Source: Microcoleus sp. (lineage in GTDB: Bacteria > Cyanobacteriota > Cyanobacteriia > Cyanobacteriales > Microcoleaceae). Taken from it: a stretch of 64,000 nt of DNA. Within the stretch, counting starts at the first letter, position 1, and each line of letters starts with the position of its first letter. Under the pieces are notes generated by a model. It had not been told where the DNA came from and did no database searches. It saw only the letters and a program-made list of their open reading frames with translations. The stretch spans positions 162,020-226,019 of the forward strand of contig JAYFMW010000026.1 of assembly GCA_042408215.1 (NCBI GenBank). The letters run 5' to 3'. A program made the position numbers and the translations under genes. Shown here piece by piece: positions 1-9,890 of this stretch.

Positions 1-168
1 TTAGATTAAAATCCAAGAGCCTAAAGCGCTGAGATTCTTCGCAACGCTCAGAATGACACACAGACTTAGACGATCGCCCGTAACACCCGATACCGATCGC
101 GCTACAATTATCGATCGGGATAGAAACAGCCGATCGGTATGTTATAGAAGAGGTAGGGGATAATTGCT

Positions 169-606
169 ATGGCTACAAGTCGTCGCATTGAGCGCGTAGC
201 TTCAATGATTAAGCGGGAAGTCAGCCTGATGTTGCTCAACGGCATTAAGGACGATCGAGTCGGTGCAGGTATGGTTAGCGTTACCAATGTCGTTGTTGCA
301 GGAGACCTTCAGCACGCAAAAATCTTTGTCAGCATCTACGGTAACGATCAGGCCAAGGCCGAAACTATGGAAGGCTTGAAATCCGCTACCGGCTACGTCC
401 GCAGCCAGTTGGGCCACCGCGTGCAACTCCGCCGCACCCCAGAAGTGCTATTTCTACAAGATGATTCTTTGGAACGTGGCGATCAAATGCTGATCCTGCT
501 GAACAAGCTTTCTCAAGAACGCAAACCGGGTCTTTTTGATGATGAAGAATTGACCGATGATGATCGAGATGACGAGGATGATGATTTAGAAGCAGACGAG
601 GATTAG
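169..606 (+). CDS. rbfA: Ribosome-binding factor A
   Basis: [23 protein letters not shown] and LRRTPEV.F..D.S.ERG motifs; acidic tail. Confidence 0.95.
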   Translation: MATSRRIERVASMIKREVSLMLLNGIKDDRVGAGMVSVTNVVVAGDLQHAKIFVSIYGNDQAKAETMEGLKSATGYVRSQLGHRVQLRRTPEVLFLQDDSLERGDQMLILLNKLSQERKPGLFDDEELTDDDRDDEDDDLEADED

Positions 607-659
607 TTTCCGAAGTCATTAGTTATTGGTTATTGGTTATTTGTTGTTTGCGATCAATG

Positions 660-727
660 CCCAATTCCCGATGCCCCATTCCCCATTCCCCATTCCCCAT
701 TCCCCCATTACCAATTCCCCATTCCCC
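660..727. repeat. Short tandem heptamer repeat (CCCCATT)n, STRR type
   Basis: Tandem CCCCATT units directly before the ATG at 728. Confidence 0.9.
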
Positions 728-2494
728 ATGATTGACAATCTTTCCTTACCAGAACTGGTCGCTCAAATGTTTGTGGTGCGCGCTTCTGGGTTCCTGTTCG
801 ACCACCAAATACGCTATCCCGCATGGGAACCAACGGCCGACAAACTCCGCTATTACGTGGAAAATCTGGGCGTTGGTGGTGTGATTTTGGCGGGGGGAAG
901 TGCTGCGGAATTGGCAGTTCGATCGCACCAATTGCAGTCTTGGGCACAATGTTATCAAAGAGTTCCGCTGCTGTTGGCCGCTGATATTGAGGAAGGTGTT
1001 GGCCAACGGTTTGCGGGGGCGACTTGGTTCGGGCCACCGATGGCAATTGCTGAAATTGCTAGGAAAAATCCCGAGTTAGCCACTCGCTATGCCGAACAAA
1101 TGGGCTCTGTCACTGCGATCGAAGCTAGGGCGATCGGTCTAAATTGGGTGCTCGCCCCAGTAGTTGACGTTAACAACAATCCCGACAATCCCGTGATTAA
1201 CGTCCGCGCTTTTGGCGAGACACCCGAAATTGTCGGCAAATTGGCTAGTGCTTTTATTCGGGGCGCTAGCGCACACCCGGTTTTGACTACAGCCAAGCAT
1301 TTTCCCGGCCACGGCGACACCGCCGTTGATTCTCACTTGGAATTGCCGATTTTGCCACATTCGCCAACTCGATTGGCCCAGGTTGAGTTGCCTCCTTTCG
1401 TTGAGGCGATCGCCAATGGAGTCGATGCTGTAATGAGCGCCCACTTGCTGATTCCGGCTTGGGATGCCGAATTTCCGGCTACTCTTTCTCGCAAAATTTT
1501 GATGGGGAAACTCCGCCAAGAGTTGGGATTTCAGGGTTTGATCGTGACGGATGCTTTGGTGATGGGCGCGATCGCCAATTTTGATCGAAGAGGGTATGGC
1601 GCTAATGAAGCTGCTGTTTTGGCCGCCGAGGCTGGTGCTGATGTTTTGCTGATGCCGCTTGACCCGGAAGGGGCGATTCTGGCTGTCTGCGATGCTGTCA
1701 ATCGAGGGCGAATCGACATAGCACAAATCAAGGAATCTGTCAAGCGAATTTGGGCAGCAAAAGTCAAAGTTGGTTTGGCGATTTCTGACCCCCCCCAACC
1801 CCCCAAGGCTGTTTCATTCTCAGACAAACCAGATCTTTGTAGGGGTAGTGCCCCCGTGCCTACCCCCCCCAGCAACGAGGGCAACCACGGGGGGATTGCC
1901 CCTACAGGCATTTGTGCGATCGGGAACCTGAGTTTGCTAGCTACAGCAGAGGCAAGAGCAACGGCGGCCGATATTTTGCGAGATTCGTTGAAATTTGGCG
2001 GCGAGCTACCTTTACAGCCGAAAAAACCCGACCAGAGCCAACTTTTGCGGAATTTGATTGTGGTGGACGATGTTTTGGGATGTGAGTTTTTGGGAAATCA
2101 CACTCCGGCGATCGCCCTGCCCTCACGGTTTGGTTACGAATTGCAACTAATTGACGATCGCACCAGTTCGATCGCTGACAATACAAATGCAGAGCCGAGT
2201 TGTGATTTAGGAGTTAATTTAAGAAGACCGACATTGCTGCAAGTTTTCATTCGTGGCAATTGCTTCCGAGGTAGTGCTGGTTTGACCGAAGCAGCTCAAG
2301 ATTGGTTTAAGCAATTATTAAAAACAGGAGAACTCCAAGCCGTGCTCATCTACGGCAGCCCCTACGTTTTAGACCAGTTTTTGCCGCACCTGCCTCCGAC
2401 TATTCCCTATATATTTTGTTACGGGCAGATGCCGACAGCCCAGGCGATCGCCCTAGAATTGCTGTTTGGCATTGACAGAATGGCTAATCCTTGA
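728..2494 (+). CDS. Glycoside hydrolase family 3 (NagZ/beta-glucosidase-like)
   Basis: ADIEEG, KHFPGHGDTAVDSH and IVTDALVMGA motifs; start moved to ATG 728 because the upstream extension is translated repeat. Confidence 0.9.
   Translation: MIDNLSLPELVAQMFVVRASGFLFDHQIRYPAWEPTADKLRYYVENLGVGGVILAGGSAAELAVRSHQLQSWAQCYQRVPLLLAADIEEGVGQRFAGATWFGPPMAIAEIARKNPELATRYAEQMGSVTAIEARAIGLNWVLAPVVDVNNNPDNPVINVRAFGETPEIVGKLASAFIRGASAHPVLTTAKHFPGHGDTAVDSHLELPILPHSPTRLAQVELPPFVEAIANGVDAVMSAHLLIPAWDAEFPATLSRKILMGKLRQELGFQGLIVTDALVMGAIANFDRRGYGANEAAVLAAEAGADVLLMPLDPEGAILAVCDAVNRGRIDIAQIKESVKRIWAAKVKVGLAISDPPQPPKAVSFSDKPDLCRGSAPVPTPPSNEGNHGGIAPTGICAIGNLSLLATAEARATAADILRDSLKFGGELPLQPKKPDQSQLLRNLIVVDDVLGCEFLGNHTPAIALPSRFGYELQLIDDRTSSIADNTNAEPSCDLGVNLRRPTLLQVFIRGNCFRGSAGLTEAAQDWFKQLLKTGELQAVLIYGSPYVLDQFLPHLPPTIPYIFCYGQMPTAQAIALELLFGIDRMANP
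1838..1906. repeat. REP/MITE-like palindromic element inserted in frame in the GH3 gene
   Basis: TGTAGGGG...CCCCTACA ends, 69 bp; related GCCCCTACA arms at about 44900 and 45110. Confidence 0.7.
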
Positions 2495-2648
2495 GTTTGC
2501 CTACCCCTACGCATACTCTGTGATGCCCTCAAGTCTCGCCCAACCCTCGCCCAGGGCCCCCCTGTTGTTTGCGCCGTCGCGCGGCCAGAGCGCACTATTC
2601 CCCCCTCCCCATTATGAAAACTTTTATTAAGTAAAAGTTGAGCAAACA

Positions 2649-2662
2649 GTATATCCGTATAC
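2649..2662 (+). promoter_or_regulatory. Possible NtcA box
   Basis: GTA-tatccgta-TAC (GTA-N8-TAC) about 90 bp upstream of the ORF at 2751; -10 spacing not canonical. Confidence 0.35.
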
Positions 2663-2750
2663 AGAAAAAAATTAATAGACGAATATGTAAATTTGAACTA
2701 TATTATTACTAGGGCAATAAAATTTTTTAGCAAAACCTTGAGGGCGCATT

Positions 2751-2981
2751 ATGATTCACTCACCTATCAAAATCGCATACTCTTTAGATCTCATTCAGGA
2801 TGAAGCACGCCATCTCGTCCACGAGGGCGTCTTGAGCCGGCAACAGCCGATCTACACGCTCTGCCAATTCATCCCGCCCCGCGAATGGGCTTGTGTTGAA
2901 GGAGAACTAGAAAAATGTGACTTCTTGCTGCGCGATCGCATTGCCGACCTGATCGGTTCTGAAGATTGGGACAATGACTAA
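2751..2981 (+). CDS. DUF4327 family small cyanobacterial protein
   Basis: YS.D.IQDEAR.LV..G..SRQQPIY.LC..IP.REW..E.ELE..DFLLRD pattern. Confidence 0.8.
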   Translation: MIHSPIKIAYSLDLIQDEARHLVHEGVLSRQQPIYTLCQFIPPREWACVEGELEKCDFLLRDRIADLIGSEDWDND

Positions 2982-3239
2982 AGTTTGCCCTTCAAAACTC
3001 GATCGTTAATTGCCGATTGTGTTACTCACTGTCAAAAGTAGATGATATCAAAGAGGGTGTTTGCTGCCCATGCTGTTGACAGTAGAAGCTGCAACAAGTA
3101 GTGCAATCTAGATTTGAAATCTCTAACTTTGTGTCACCTTGCTCCTACTCGCACTCACTGTAGGATCGGGTGTTTTTTTTTGCTGACTTTTTCCGGGAGT
3201 AGAAATTGTCAAATTAGCTCAGCAAAGACTCTCGATGCT

Positions 3240-3623
3240 TTAATCCTCGGAGTTTTCGGTACCCAATTTTTCCAACTGGGCCCTAAGCGCGGCCATGAGT
3301 TCCGTTAATTCTTGAATCTCTTCTAGCTGTGCGTCGGGTACAACCGACTCAGGGGGAGTACCTGCGGATGAATCCGATTGTTTTTCGGAGCCACATTCGC
3401 CCGGTTTAGAGAAAATAGTATCTACAAAATTCCGAGCTTCTCGATCGGTCATTTCTCCTTTTTCCAGCAATTCGTCAGCGAGGAGGCCTAAATCTGACTG
3501 CAATTTACCCAGATTTTCCGATCGCTTCACAGGATCTTGCAATGTTTCAATTAAAAATGACGTTGCGCCTAAAGTTAAGTGAAATCCTGTTTGCAGTATT
3601 TGAGGTAGTTTGTCGGAATTCAT
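3240..3623 (-). CDS. Hypothetical coiled-coil protein (phasin-like)
   Basis: 127-aa ORF with KGEMTDREAR motif and helical C-terminus. Confidence 0.65.
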   Translation of the reverse strand: MNSDKLPQILQTGFHLTLGATSFLIETLQDPVKRSENLGKLQSDLGLLADELLEKGEMTDREARNFVDTIFSKPGECGSEKQSDSSAGTPPESVVPDAQLEEIQELTELMAALRAQLEKLGTENSED

Positions 3624-3883
3624 TAAAAAATGCCCCTACAACGTTTTTCGGAGTTGTTGATTCAGGAGTTCCAGCAAGCGGGACGGGGCTGGCCAAATCC
3701 TAGGATAGATGCGAATCCGTCGATCGCGATCGCCCGAATCACGAAAAATACCTCTTTGGCGGGATGGCTTTCTGTTCAAATCATATCAATCATACCATTA
3801 CTTGCTAAATTGATCCATGTCAAGTATAAATTTTTGTTACAAAATCGCTCAATCTGGGATCTTCAGGTTAAGCACCGATTAAG

Positions 3884-3972
3884 CAGTCCTGGACGCACTA
3901 ACAACCTAATTATGTCATTCTGAGGGTCGCGAAGAATCTCAAACCCTTGCAACATCATTACAATGCGTGCAC
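3884..3972. repeat. Dispersed intergenic repeat (TGTCATTCTGA...GAAGAATCTC family)
   Basis: Related copies at about 30-58 (inverted) and 55443-55550. Confidence 0.7.
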
Positions 3973-3975
3973 CTA

Positions 3976-5109
3976 CTAAGGGTACAGTGCTTCGCCCGTG
4001 GAAGGATCAAATACAAATAGTTGATTAAAATCAAGCTGTACTGTTAGTCGATCGCCCGATCGCAAGCGAACACTCGCAGGTATCAGCACCTGTACAGTAG
4101 TTTCTCCATCCAACAGCGGTAAACTCGCCCGGATTAAAGTCTCTCGCCCCAAGGGTTCCACAACTTTTACCTCTACTTCAAGAGGCACTTTTTCTAAGGC
4201 CCAAAGATCGCTGTTTAAATCATCATTTTCTGTCGTTGATTTGGGAAAAACTTCTATGTGTTCAGGACGAATTCCCAAATCAAATCCTTGTCCTTCTCTC
4301 GGCTGCAATTTTTTCTGAATAGACGGCGGACAAGCTAAACATTGATGTCCTACTTGAAAAGATCCGTTAGCATAAATTGTCGGCAAAATATTCATAGCCG
4401 GATTGCCTAAAAAAGTCGCAACCATCCGATTCGCTGGTTTAGCATAAATGCTATGAGGGTCTCCTATTTGTTGAATAACACCGCGATTTAAAACAACAAT
4501 TTTATCCGCTAAAGTCATCGCTTCCACTTGGTCGTGGGTGACATAAATTGTAGTAATTCCTAGCCGTTGATGGAGTAGTTTGAGTTCGGCTCTAGTGTCG
4601 TCTCGCAGTTGAGCATCGAGGTTAGAAAGCGGCTCGTCCAAGAGAAATACTTTGGGCTCGCGGACGATCGCCCTTCCCAAGGCCACCCGCTGCTGCTGTC
4701 CGCCTGATAGCTGTTTGGGCTTACGGTTGAGGAGGAGGTCGATCGAGAGCGATCGGGCTACAGTTTCCACTCGTTCTTGAATTTTTGATTGCTCAACATT
4801 CCGCATCCGCAATCCAAAAGCCAGATTTTCTGCGACTGTCATATGCGGGTAAAGCGCATAATTTTGAAATACCATTGCGACATCCCGCTGTCGGGCCGGA
4901 ATATTGTTAACTAAATTATCTCCAATATAAAGATTGCCGGAAGTTGCCGTTTCTAAACCTGCAATTGTCCGCATAATTGTAGATTTACCGCAACCGGATG
5001 GCCCTACTAATACCCAAAATTCGCCATCCGGGATTTTGAAACTAATGTTTTCGATCGCGGTGACGTTTTGGTAGCGTCTGGTAATATTTTCTAAACGAAC
5101 GTTGGCCAT
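3976..5109 (-). CDS. Sugar/glycerol-3-P ABC transporter ATP-binding protein (MalK/UgpC family)
   Basis: GPSGCGKS, VFQNYALYPHM, LSGGQQQR, LLDEPLSNLDA. Confidence 0.95.
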   Translation of the reverse strand: MANVRLENITRRYQNVTAIENISFKIPDGEFWVLVGPSGCGKSTIMRTIAGLETATSGNLYIGDNLVNNIPARQRDVAMVFQNYALYPHMTVAENLAFGLRMRNVEQSKIQERVETVARSLSIDLLLNRKPKQLSGGQQQRVALGRAIVREPKVFLLDEPLSNLDAQLRDDTRAELKLLHQRLGITTIYVTHDQVEAMTLADKIVVLNRGVIQQIGDPHSIYAKPANRMVATFLGNPAMNILPTIYANGSFQVGHQCLACPPSIQKKLQPREGQGFDLGIRPEHIEVFPKSTTENDDLNSDLWALEKVPLEVEVKVVEPLGRETLIRASLPLLDGETTVQVLIPASVRLRSGDRLTVQLDFNQLFVFDPSTGEALYP

Positions 5110-5156
5110 TTTTATTAGTTAGTAGTTACTGGTTATTAGTTATTTGTTAGTGGTTT

Positions 5157-5732
5157 TTACATTGGGTCTTGGGAAAGCTTGTCTAATTCTAAAACAGTGC
5201 GGTCTAATTCTTCAACGATCGGCGTTGATTCAGCTTGGCGGAATGCTTCTACTAAAGAACGATAATACCAGAGAGAACCTTCTTTGCCACCTTTGAAGCG
5301 TTCCCAAACAGTATCGCCTAATTGACGACAATCTTGGAGGATCGATCGGGCATTATAAAGTTTATCAGCAGCCGAGACTAATCTGATGGAGTGAGAAGCC
5401 GTGAGAATGTGGGCGATGTAGGCTTCTTTTCGCTGCCGCCAAGGGGGTTTCGGCGTGATGTCGCTGTCTGTACAGCCGTCTACAATAGCCGTCACTGTAT
5501 CGCCAAAGCGTCGGCGAATGGCTTCGCGGATGGTGGGCCCGCCGCAATCTTCGATCGCATCGTGAAGCAAAGCTGCGATCGCCTCATCTTCCGAAGCCCC
5601 GTACTCTAAAGCTATACTAGCAGTGCCCAACAAATGGGCGATGTAAGGAACGCCAGAGCCCTTGCGGACTTGGGTAGCGTGTAATGAGGCGGCATAGATG
5701 AGAGCTTCCGAAAATCGGTTTGATAGTATCAT
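5157..5732 (-). CDS. HD-domain protein, Mesh1/SpoT-hydrolase-like
   Basis: H..Q.RKGSGVPYIAH, LLHDAIED, ADKLYN; start set at MILSNRF. Confidence 0.85.
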   Translation of the reverse strand: MILSNRFSEALIYAASLHATQVRKGSGVPYIAHLLGTASIALEYGASEDEAIAALLHDAIEDCGGPTIREAIRRRFGDTVTAIVDGCTDSDITPKPPWRQRKEAYIAHILTASHSIRLVSAADKLYNARSILQDCRQLGDTVWERFKGGKEGSLWYYRSLVEAFRQAESTPIVEELDRTVLELDKLSQDPM

Positions 5733-5921
5733 TGAAGTTGAGTCTTTGTTGGGTAAAATTATTTTTTTCTCAATTGGCGATCGTCTAGGGGCCGATCGAT
5801 CGGGTAACTTTGATATCCCATCTACAATCGATCGCACAAAACCCGTCGCCCTCCCATGTAGCAAAATCCATCAGATTTAAAACTCTTTCTCTTCCCCTTA
5901 TCCAAAAGTGAGGTCATCACC

Positions 5922-6506
5922 ATGACAGCTACTCTAATCCTAACACCAACTCCTGAACAAGTACAAGACTCATCTGAGCAAATACAACCCAAAAAAGTCA
6001 CATCTCTCGAAGAATTTTTAGTCAAGCCTGCTGATAGAATGGAATGGGTTGATGGTAACTTAGTAGAGAAAACAGGAATGACATTCAAACACGGTCTAGC
6101 TCAATCTAAATTATCTACATCCTGGAGAAATTACAAAAATTCCAGCGGACAGGGAGGAGAAGTTATTACAGAAGTCCTTTGTCGCACAGCCAAGCAGGGT
6201 CGCCGTCCCGATGTCGCTTACATTACTCCTGAACTGCTGCCACCAGGCAATTTTACAGCATTTTCCCAAAGTTTCCCACTCATTGCGGAAATTGCGTCTC
6301 CCGAAGACAGTGCCGAAGAATTATTCGCGAAAGCTCAAGAATATTTAGAATCAGGTTGTTTAGAAGTCTGGCTGCTATTTCCTGAAGCGAGATTAATCTT
6401 TGTAAATGCAGGGAAAAACAGGCTTTTGTTTAATGCAGATGAAGTGGTTAACACTCAAACGGTACTTGCAGGTTTTAGCGTAGCCGTCAGTGAAATATTA
6501 GCATAA
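5922..6506 (+). CDS. Uma2 family endonuclease-fold protein
   Basis: MEWVDGNLVE, RRPDVAY, P.LIAEIASP, EYLESGCLEVW. Confidence 0.9.
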   Translation: MTATLILTPTPEQVQDSSEQIQPKKVTSLEEFLVKPADRMEWVDGNLVEKTGMTFKHGLAQSKLSTSWRNYKNSSGQGGEVITEVLCRTAKQGRRPDVAYITPELLPPGNFTAFSQSFPLIAEIASPEDSAEELFAKAQEYLESGCLEVWLLFPEARLIFVNAGKNRLLFNADEVVNTQTVLAGFSVAVSEILA

Positions 6507-6590
6507 AAAACTTGCCAAAAATGCCAGATTATGAAATAATCTAGAATATTGCAATGTCCAACTACAGCGACCTACAAAAATAAAAATATA

Positions 6591-8675
6591 ATGGATAGAT
6601 TCAGAGTAGAAGTTATTTCTCAAACACCAAATCCTCAGCAAGTAATTTATGCTGCCCTCCATCAAGACTATACTGAGAATTTCGTATTTGACGAGCGCGA
6701 TTCCTGGCCCTCAGACGAAGAATGCGGCGAAATAATTGTGAAGCGGCTCTTAGCGGGCGATCGCGGGCATTACGGCCCCTTAGAGCACCCCCAAATTATC
6801 TTTAATTGCGGCTACTTTCCCCACAGTGTCATGCAGCAAGCCAGAACACATCGTGTAGGAGTATCATTTGATGTGCAATGTCTTGCTGCTGATACCGCAA
6901 TCACTTTTGTTGATTGCGAGGGAAGTGCTGGCAAGAAAAATTTGAGCAAAACAATTGGAGAACTGTATGACCTTTGGACGAATGGGGAAAAAGCGATTCG
7001 TTCTCGGTCTATTCGAGGTCGAAATGGTGAACCGCCAGGCGAATATCGTCGTGACTGCAAGCAAAGAATCCGTAAAATGCGCTTGCGAGTTTTAAATGAA
7101 GAAACTGGCTTGTTTGAAGTGGGTCATATCAAAGATGTCATGTGTAGCGGTATTCAACCCGTTTATAAAGTTACATTGGAGGATGGCAAGACTTTAGAGT
7201 GTACTACCAATCACCGTTTATTCACCGCAAACGGTTGGCAAACCATGAAAGATGCGGTTGGATTGACAACCAACGCAGATGGCAAAGTCGTTAGCATAGC
7301 CAAAAACTCCTATGTGATGTGCAATGGTTTATCAGTAACGGACGATCGGCTTTACACAGACAAATCATGGCTAGAAGCCCAAATCGCCAAAGGATTAACT
7401 ATCAAAGAAATTGCTGGTTTATCGGCTTGCTCTATTGCTACGGTTAAAGTATGGATTAATAAGTTTGAGTTGTCTTTAAGATGCTCAATTCCAGGTCATC
7501 TTAACAATCACAAACCTGGGAATTACGATCCTAATGCCCTCTATCGCAACAAGGCTTGGCTGGTAGAGCAACTTAATCAAGGACTGCACGCCGATGAAAT
7601 AGCGACTTTAGCTAACTGTTCAATTGAGGCGGTCAAAAAATGGGTCTATGCTTATGGATTGTCTCTAAATAAGCGAAAACCTGGAAGAGATGAACCTTGG
7701 AATAAAGGCAAAGGAGGTTATCAACTTAACCTCTCTGAAGAAAGCCACCAGAGACGACTGGAAAATGCAAAAATTTACACGCGAAGAGGCGCTGAGTCTA
7801 ATTTTTGGAAAGGTGGTACTTCTACGGAGCGAGAATTAATTGGCACTTGGACGCGGCAAATTGCGCCCCAAGTCCATAAAAAGTTTGATTGTATTTGCCA
7901 GAAATGTGCTGTCAGAGGTGGTTCTCTTCACGCCCATCACTTAATACCAGTTTTTGCAGATCTATCTCTTGCTTATGATTTTGATAATCTAGTGACTTTA
8001 TGCAAAGACTGTCACGAATATATTCATCAAAACAACTTAGAGCTTGAATTTGCTCGAGCTTATTCGCCAATATTAGAGCCTCAAAATTGGCAAGTCAAGC
8101 CAAAGCAAACAGGGAGAAAATTACGTGCTCATCCCGTAAAAGTCAAGAGTGTTGAATATGTTGGCGAACAAATGACTTATGACCTAGAGGTGGATGGTGA
8201 ATGGCATAATTTCGTTGCTAATGGTTTAGTAGTACATAATTCCCTGCGCTATACAGGAAATCAATTTTTGGATGCAGCAACCGGCAAGAAAGATATAGAA
8301 GATATTTTTTACCTGCGTCCAGTAGATTATTATACAGACCGTGAAGGCAAAAAATACTACTATTCTCCCGAACAAAGACAAAAAGATTTAGAATGGTGTC
8401 TAGAAGCCGCTAAACGTTACAAAATAGACTTCGACGGCGGAATGTCCGAAGAACACGCCAGAGGAAAATTACCCTTTGATTATCGCCAGCATTTTGTAGT
8501 CAGCTTCAACTTAAGGTCTTTCCTACATTTTGCCGACTTGAGAAACAAGAAAAATGCTCAACTAGAAATTCAAAAACTCTGCGAAATGATGTGGCCTCAT
8601 TTTGAGAATTGGGCCCCCGCCATTGCTAAGTGGTACACAACAAATCGTCTGGGAAAAGCAAGGCTAGCCCCGTAA
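6591..8675 (+). CDS. thyX: FAD-dependent thymidylate synthase, intein-containing
   Basis: GHYGPLEH, QQARTHR..SFDVQ|S.RY, EEHAR, R...AQLEI; interrupted before the active-site Ser. Confidence 0.93.
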   Translation: MDRFRVEVISQTPNPQQVIYAALHQDYTENFVFDERDSWPSDEECGEIIVKRLLAGDRGHYGPLEHPQIIFNCGYFPHSVMQQARTHRVGVSFDVQCLAADTAITFVDCEGSAGKKNLSKTIGELYDLWTNGEKAIRSRSIRGRNGEPPGEYRRDCKQRIRKMRLRVLNEETGLFEVGHIKDVMCSGIQPVYKVTLEDGKTLECTTNHRLFTANGWQTMKDAVGLTTNADGKVVSIAKNSYVMCNGLSVTDDRLYTDKSWLEAQIAKGLTIKEIAGLSACSIATVKVWINKFELSLRCSIPGHLNNHKPGNYDPNALYRNKAWLVEQLNQGLHADEIATLANCSIEAVKKWVYAYGLSLNKRKPGRDEPWNKGKGGYQLNLSEESHQRRLENAKIYTRRGAESNFWKGGTSTERELIGTWTRQIAPQVHKKFDCICQKCAVRGGSLHAHHLIPVFADLSLAYDFDNLVTLCKDCHEYIHQNNLELEFARAYSPILEPQNWQVKPKQTGRKLRAHPVKVKSVEYVGEQMTYDLEVDGEWHNFVANGLVVHNSLRYTGNQFLDAATGKKDIEDIFYLRPVDYYTDREGKKYYYSPEQRQKDLEWCLEAAKRYKIDFDGGMSEEHARGKLPFDYRQHFVVSFNLRSFLHFADLRNKKNAQLEIQKLCEMMWPHFENWAPAIAKWYTTNRLGKARLAP
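6879..8240 (+). mobile_element. Intein (454 aa) with HNH homing endonuclease
   Basis: N-terminal CLAADT, block B CTTNHRLFT, C-terminal TYDLEV..HNFVANGLVVHN|S; internal CQKC..HAHH..NL.TLC..CH. Confidence 0.93.
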
Positions 8676-8824
8676 TAATTGCGAGCATCGAAATTATTCA
8701 TCTCCCTCTTCTCCTCCTCTGCGTCCTCTGCGCTCTCTGCGGTTAAATCATTCCGATAAAACTGAAATTGAGAGCACTAAAAACTTTGCTGTATAAGCAT
8801 TCTTCCTTCTACTTTCCAAACAAG

Positions 8825-9259
8825 ATGAAATTAAAAATCCTCCAACTCCATGAACTAGCCATAATTCCCAAATACGCCCATGAATATGATGCTGGACTCG
8901 ACTTATTTTCCATAGATGAAATAGAAATTACTCCGGGAGAAAGCCAGTTAATTCATACAGGTATATCAATAGAATTACCTGAAAAAACAGAGGCTCAAAT
9001 TCGTCCCCGAAGTGGTTTAGCTCTCAAGCACAAAATCACTGTACTCAATGCACCAGGAACCATAGATGAAGGCTATCGAGGCGAAATCGGAGTAATCTTA
9101 ATCAATCACGGTCAAACTTCCTTTAAAGTCACCAAAGGAATGAAAATTGCTCAAATGGTAATAGCGCCAGTAATTCGCGTGGAAATTGAAGAAGTTAAAA
9201 TGTTAAGTTCCAGCTCTAGGGGAGATAATGGATTTGGCTCGACAGGAATCTCGCAATAA
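8825..9259 (+). CDS. dut: dUTP diphosphatase
   Basis: [31 protein letters not shown]. Confidence 0.95.
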   Translation: MKLKILQLHELAIIPKYAHEYDAGLDLFSIDEIEITPGESQLIHTGISIELPEKTEAQIRPRSGLALKHKITVLNAPGTIDEGYRGEIGVILINHGQTSFKVTKGMKIAQMVIAPVIRVEIEEVKMLSSSSRGDNGFGSTGISQ

Positions 9260-9310
9260 ATTCCTCGTCTCAATACAGTTCTAATTCTCAGTTCTAATTC
9301 TACATTTTCA

Positions 9311-9868
9311 ATGGAAAATACACCAGACAACTACGAACCCCCTCACAGACCAACTTGGGACGAATACTTTTTAATGTTGGCAAAATTGGCCGCAACTCGA
9401 TCGACTTGTCTGGCTTTTCCCGTAGGTGCGGTAATAACTAAAGATCGGCAAATTTTAGCCACGGGTTACAACGGTTCGCCATCAGGTTCAGCACACTGTA
9501 CGACTCAAGGCTTCTGCTATCCTGGTTTGAGTAGTTGCGACGCCAGCAAAACTTTACCTTCGCGGGCGGTTCATGCTGAAGCAAATGCGATCGCCCAAGC
9601 AGCCAAACATGGTATATCTACTGCTGGGGCTAGCATTTACGTCACCTTAGAACCCTGCATCTATTGTTTGAAATTAATCATTTCCGCTGGAATTCGGGAA
9701 GTGTTTTACGAAACGACTTTTAACAGCGGCGAAAAAGCTGCTTTGAGAGATACTTTTATCAGTGAAGGTATTGTTGAGTTCAACCAAATTCAGCTATCTG
9801 AAGTTACAGCAAAAAAGGCGGCTTTATTTCTGTTGAATCCTACTTCTGTGCCCAAAAAATCAGTGTAG
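9311..9868 (+). CDS. dCMP deaminase family protein
   Basis: RPTWDEYF, TGYNG, HAEANA, PCxxC. Confidence 0.92.
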   Translation: MENTPDNYEPPHRPTWDEYFLMLAKLAATRSTCLAFPVGAVITKDRQILATGYNGSPSGSAHCTTQGFCYPGLSSCDASKTLPSRAVHAEANAIAQAAKHGISTAGASIYVTLEPCIYCLKLIISAGIREVFYETTFNSGEKAALRDTFISEGIVEFNQIQLSEVTAKKAALFLLNPTSVPKKSV

Positions 9869-9890
9869 GATCAATCCTCCCCGTGGTTTC

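Noticed and set aside
626..727. N-terminal extensions on the GH3, rplP, rplN, rplO, rpmC, rpmJ and rpoA ORF calls
   Set aside because: They are translated heptamer repeats or upstream spacer; conserved starts lie downstream.
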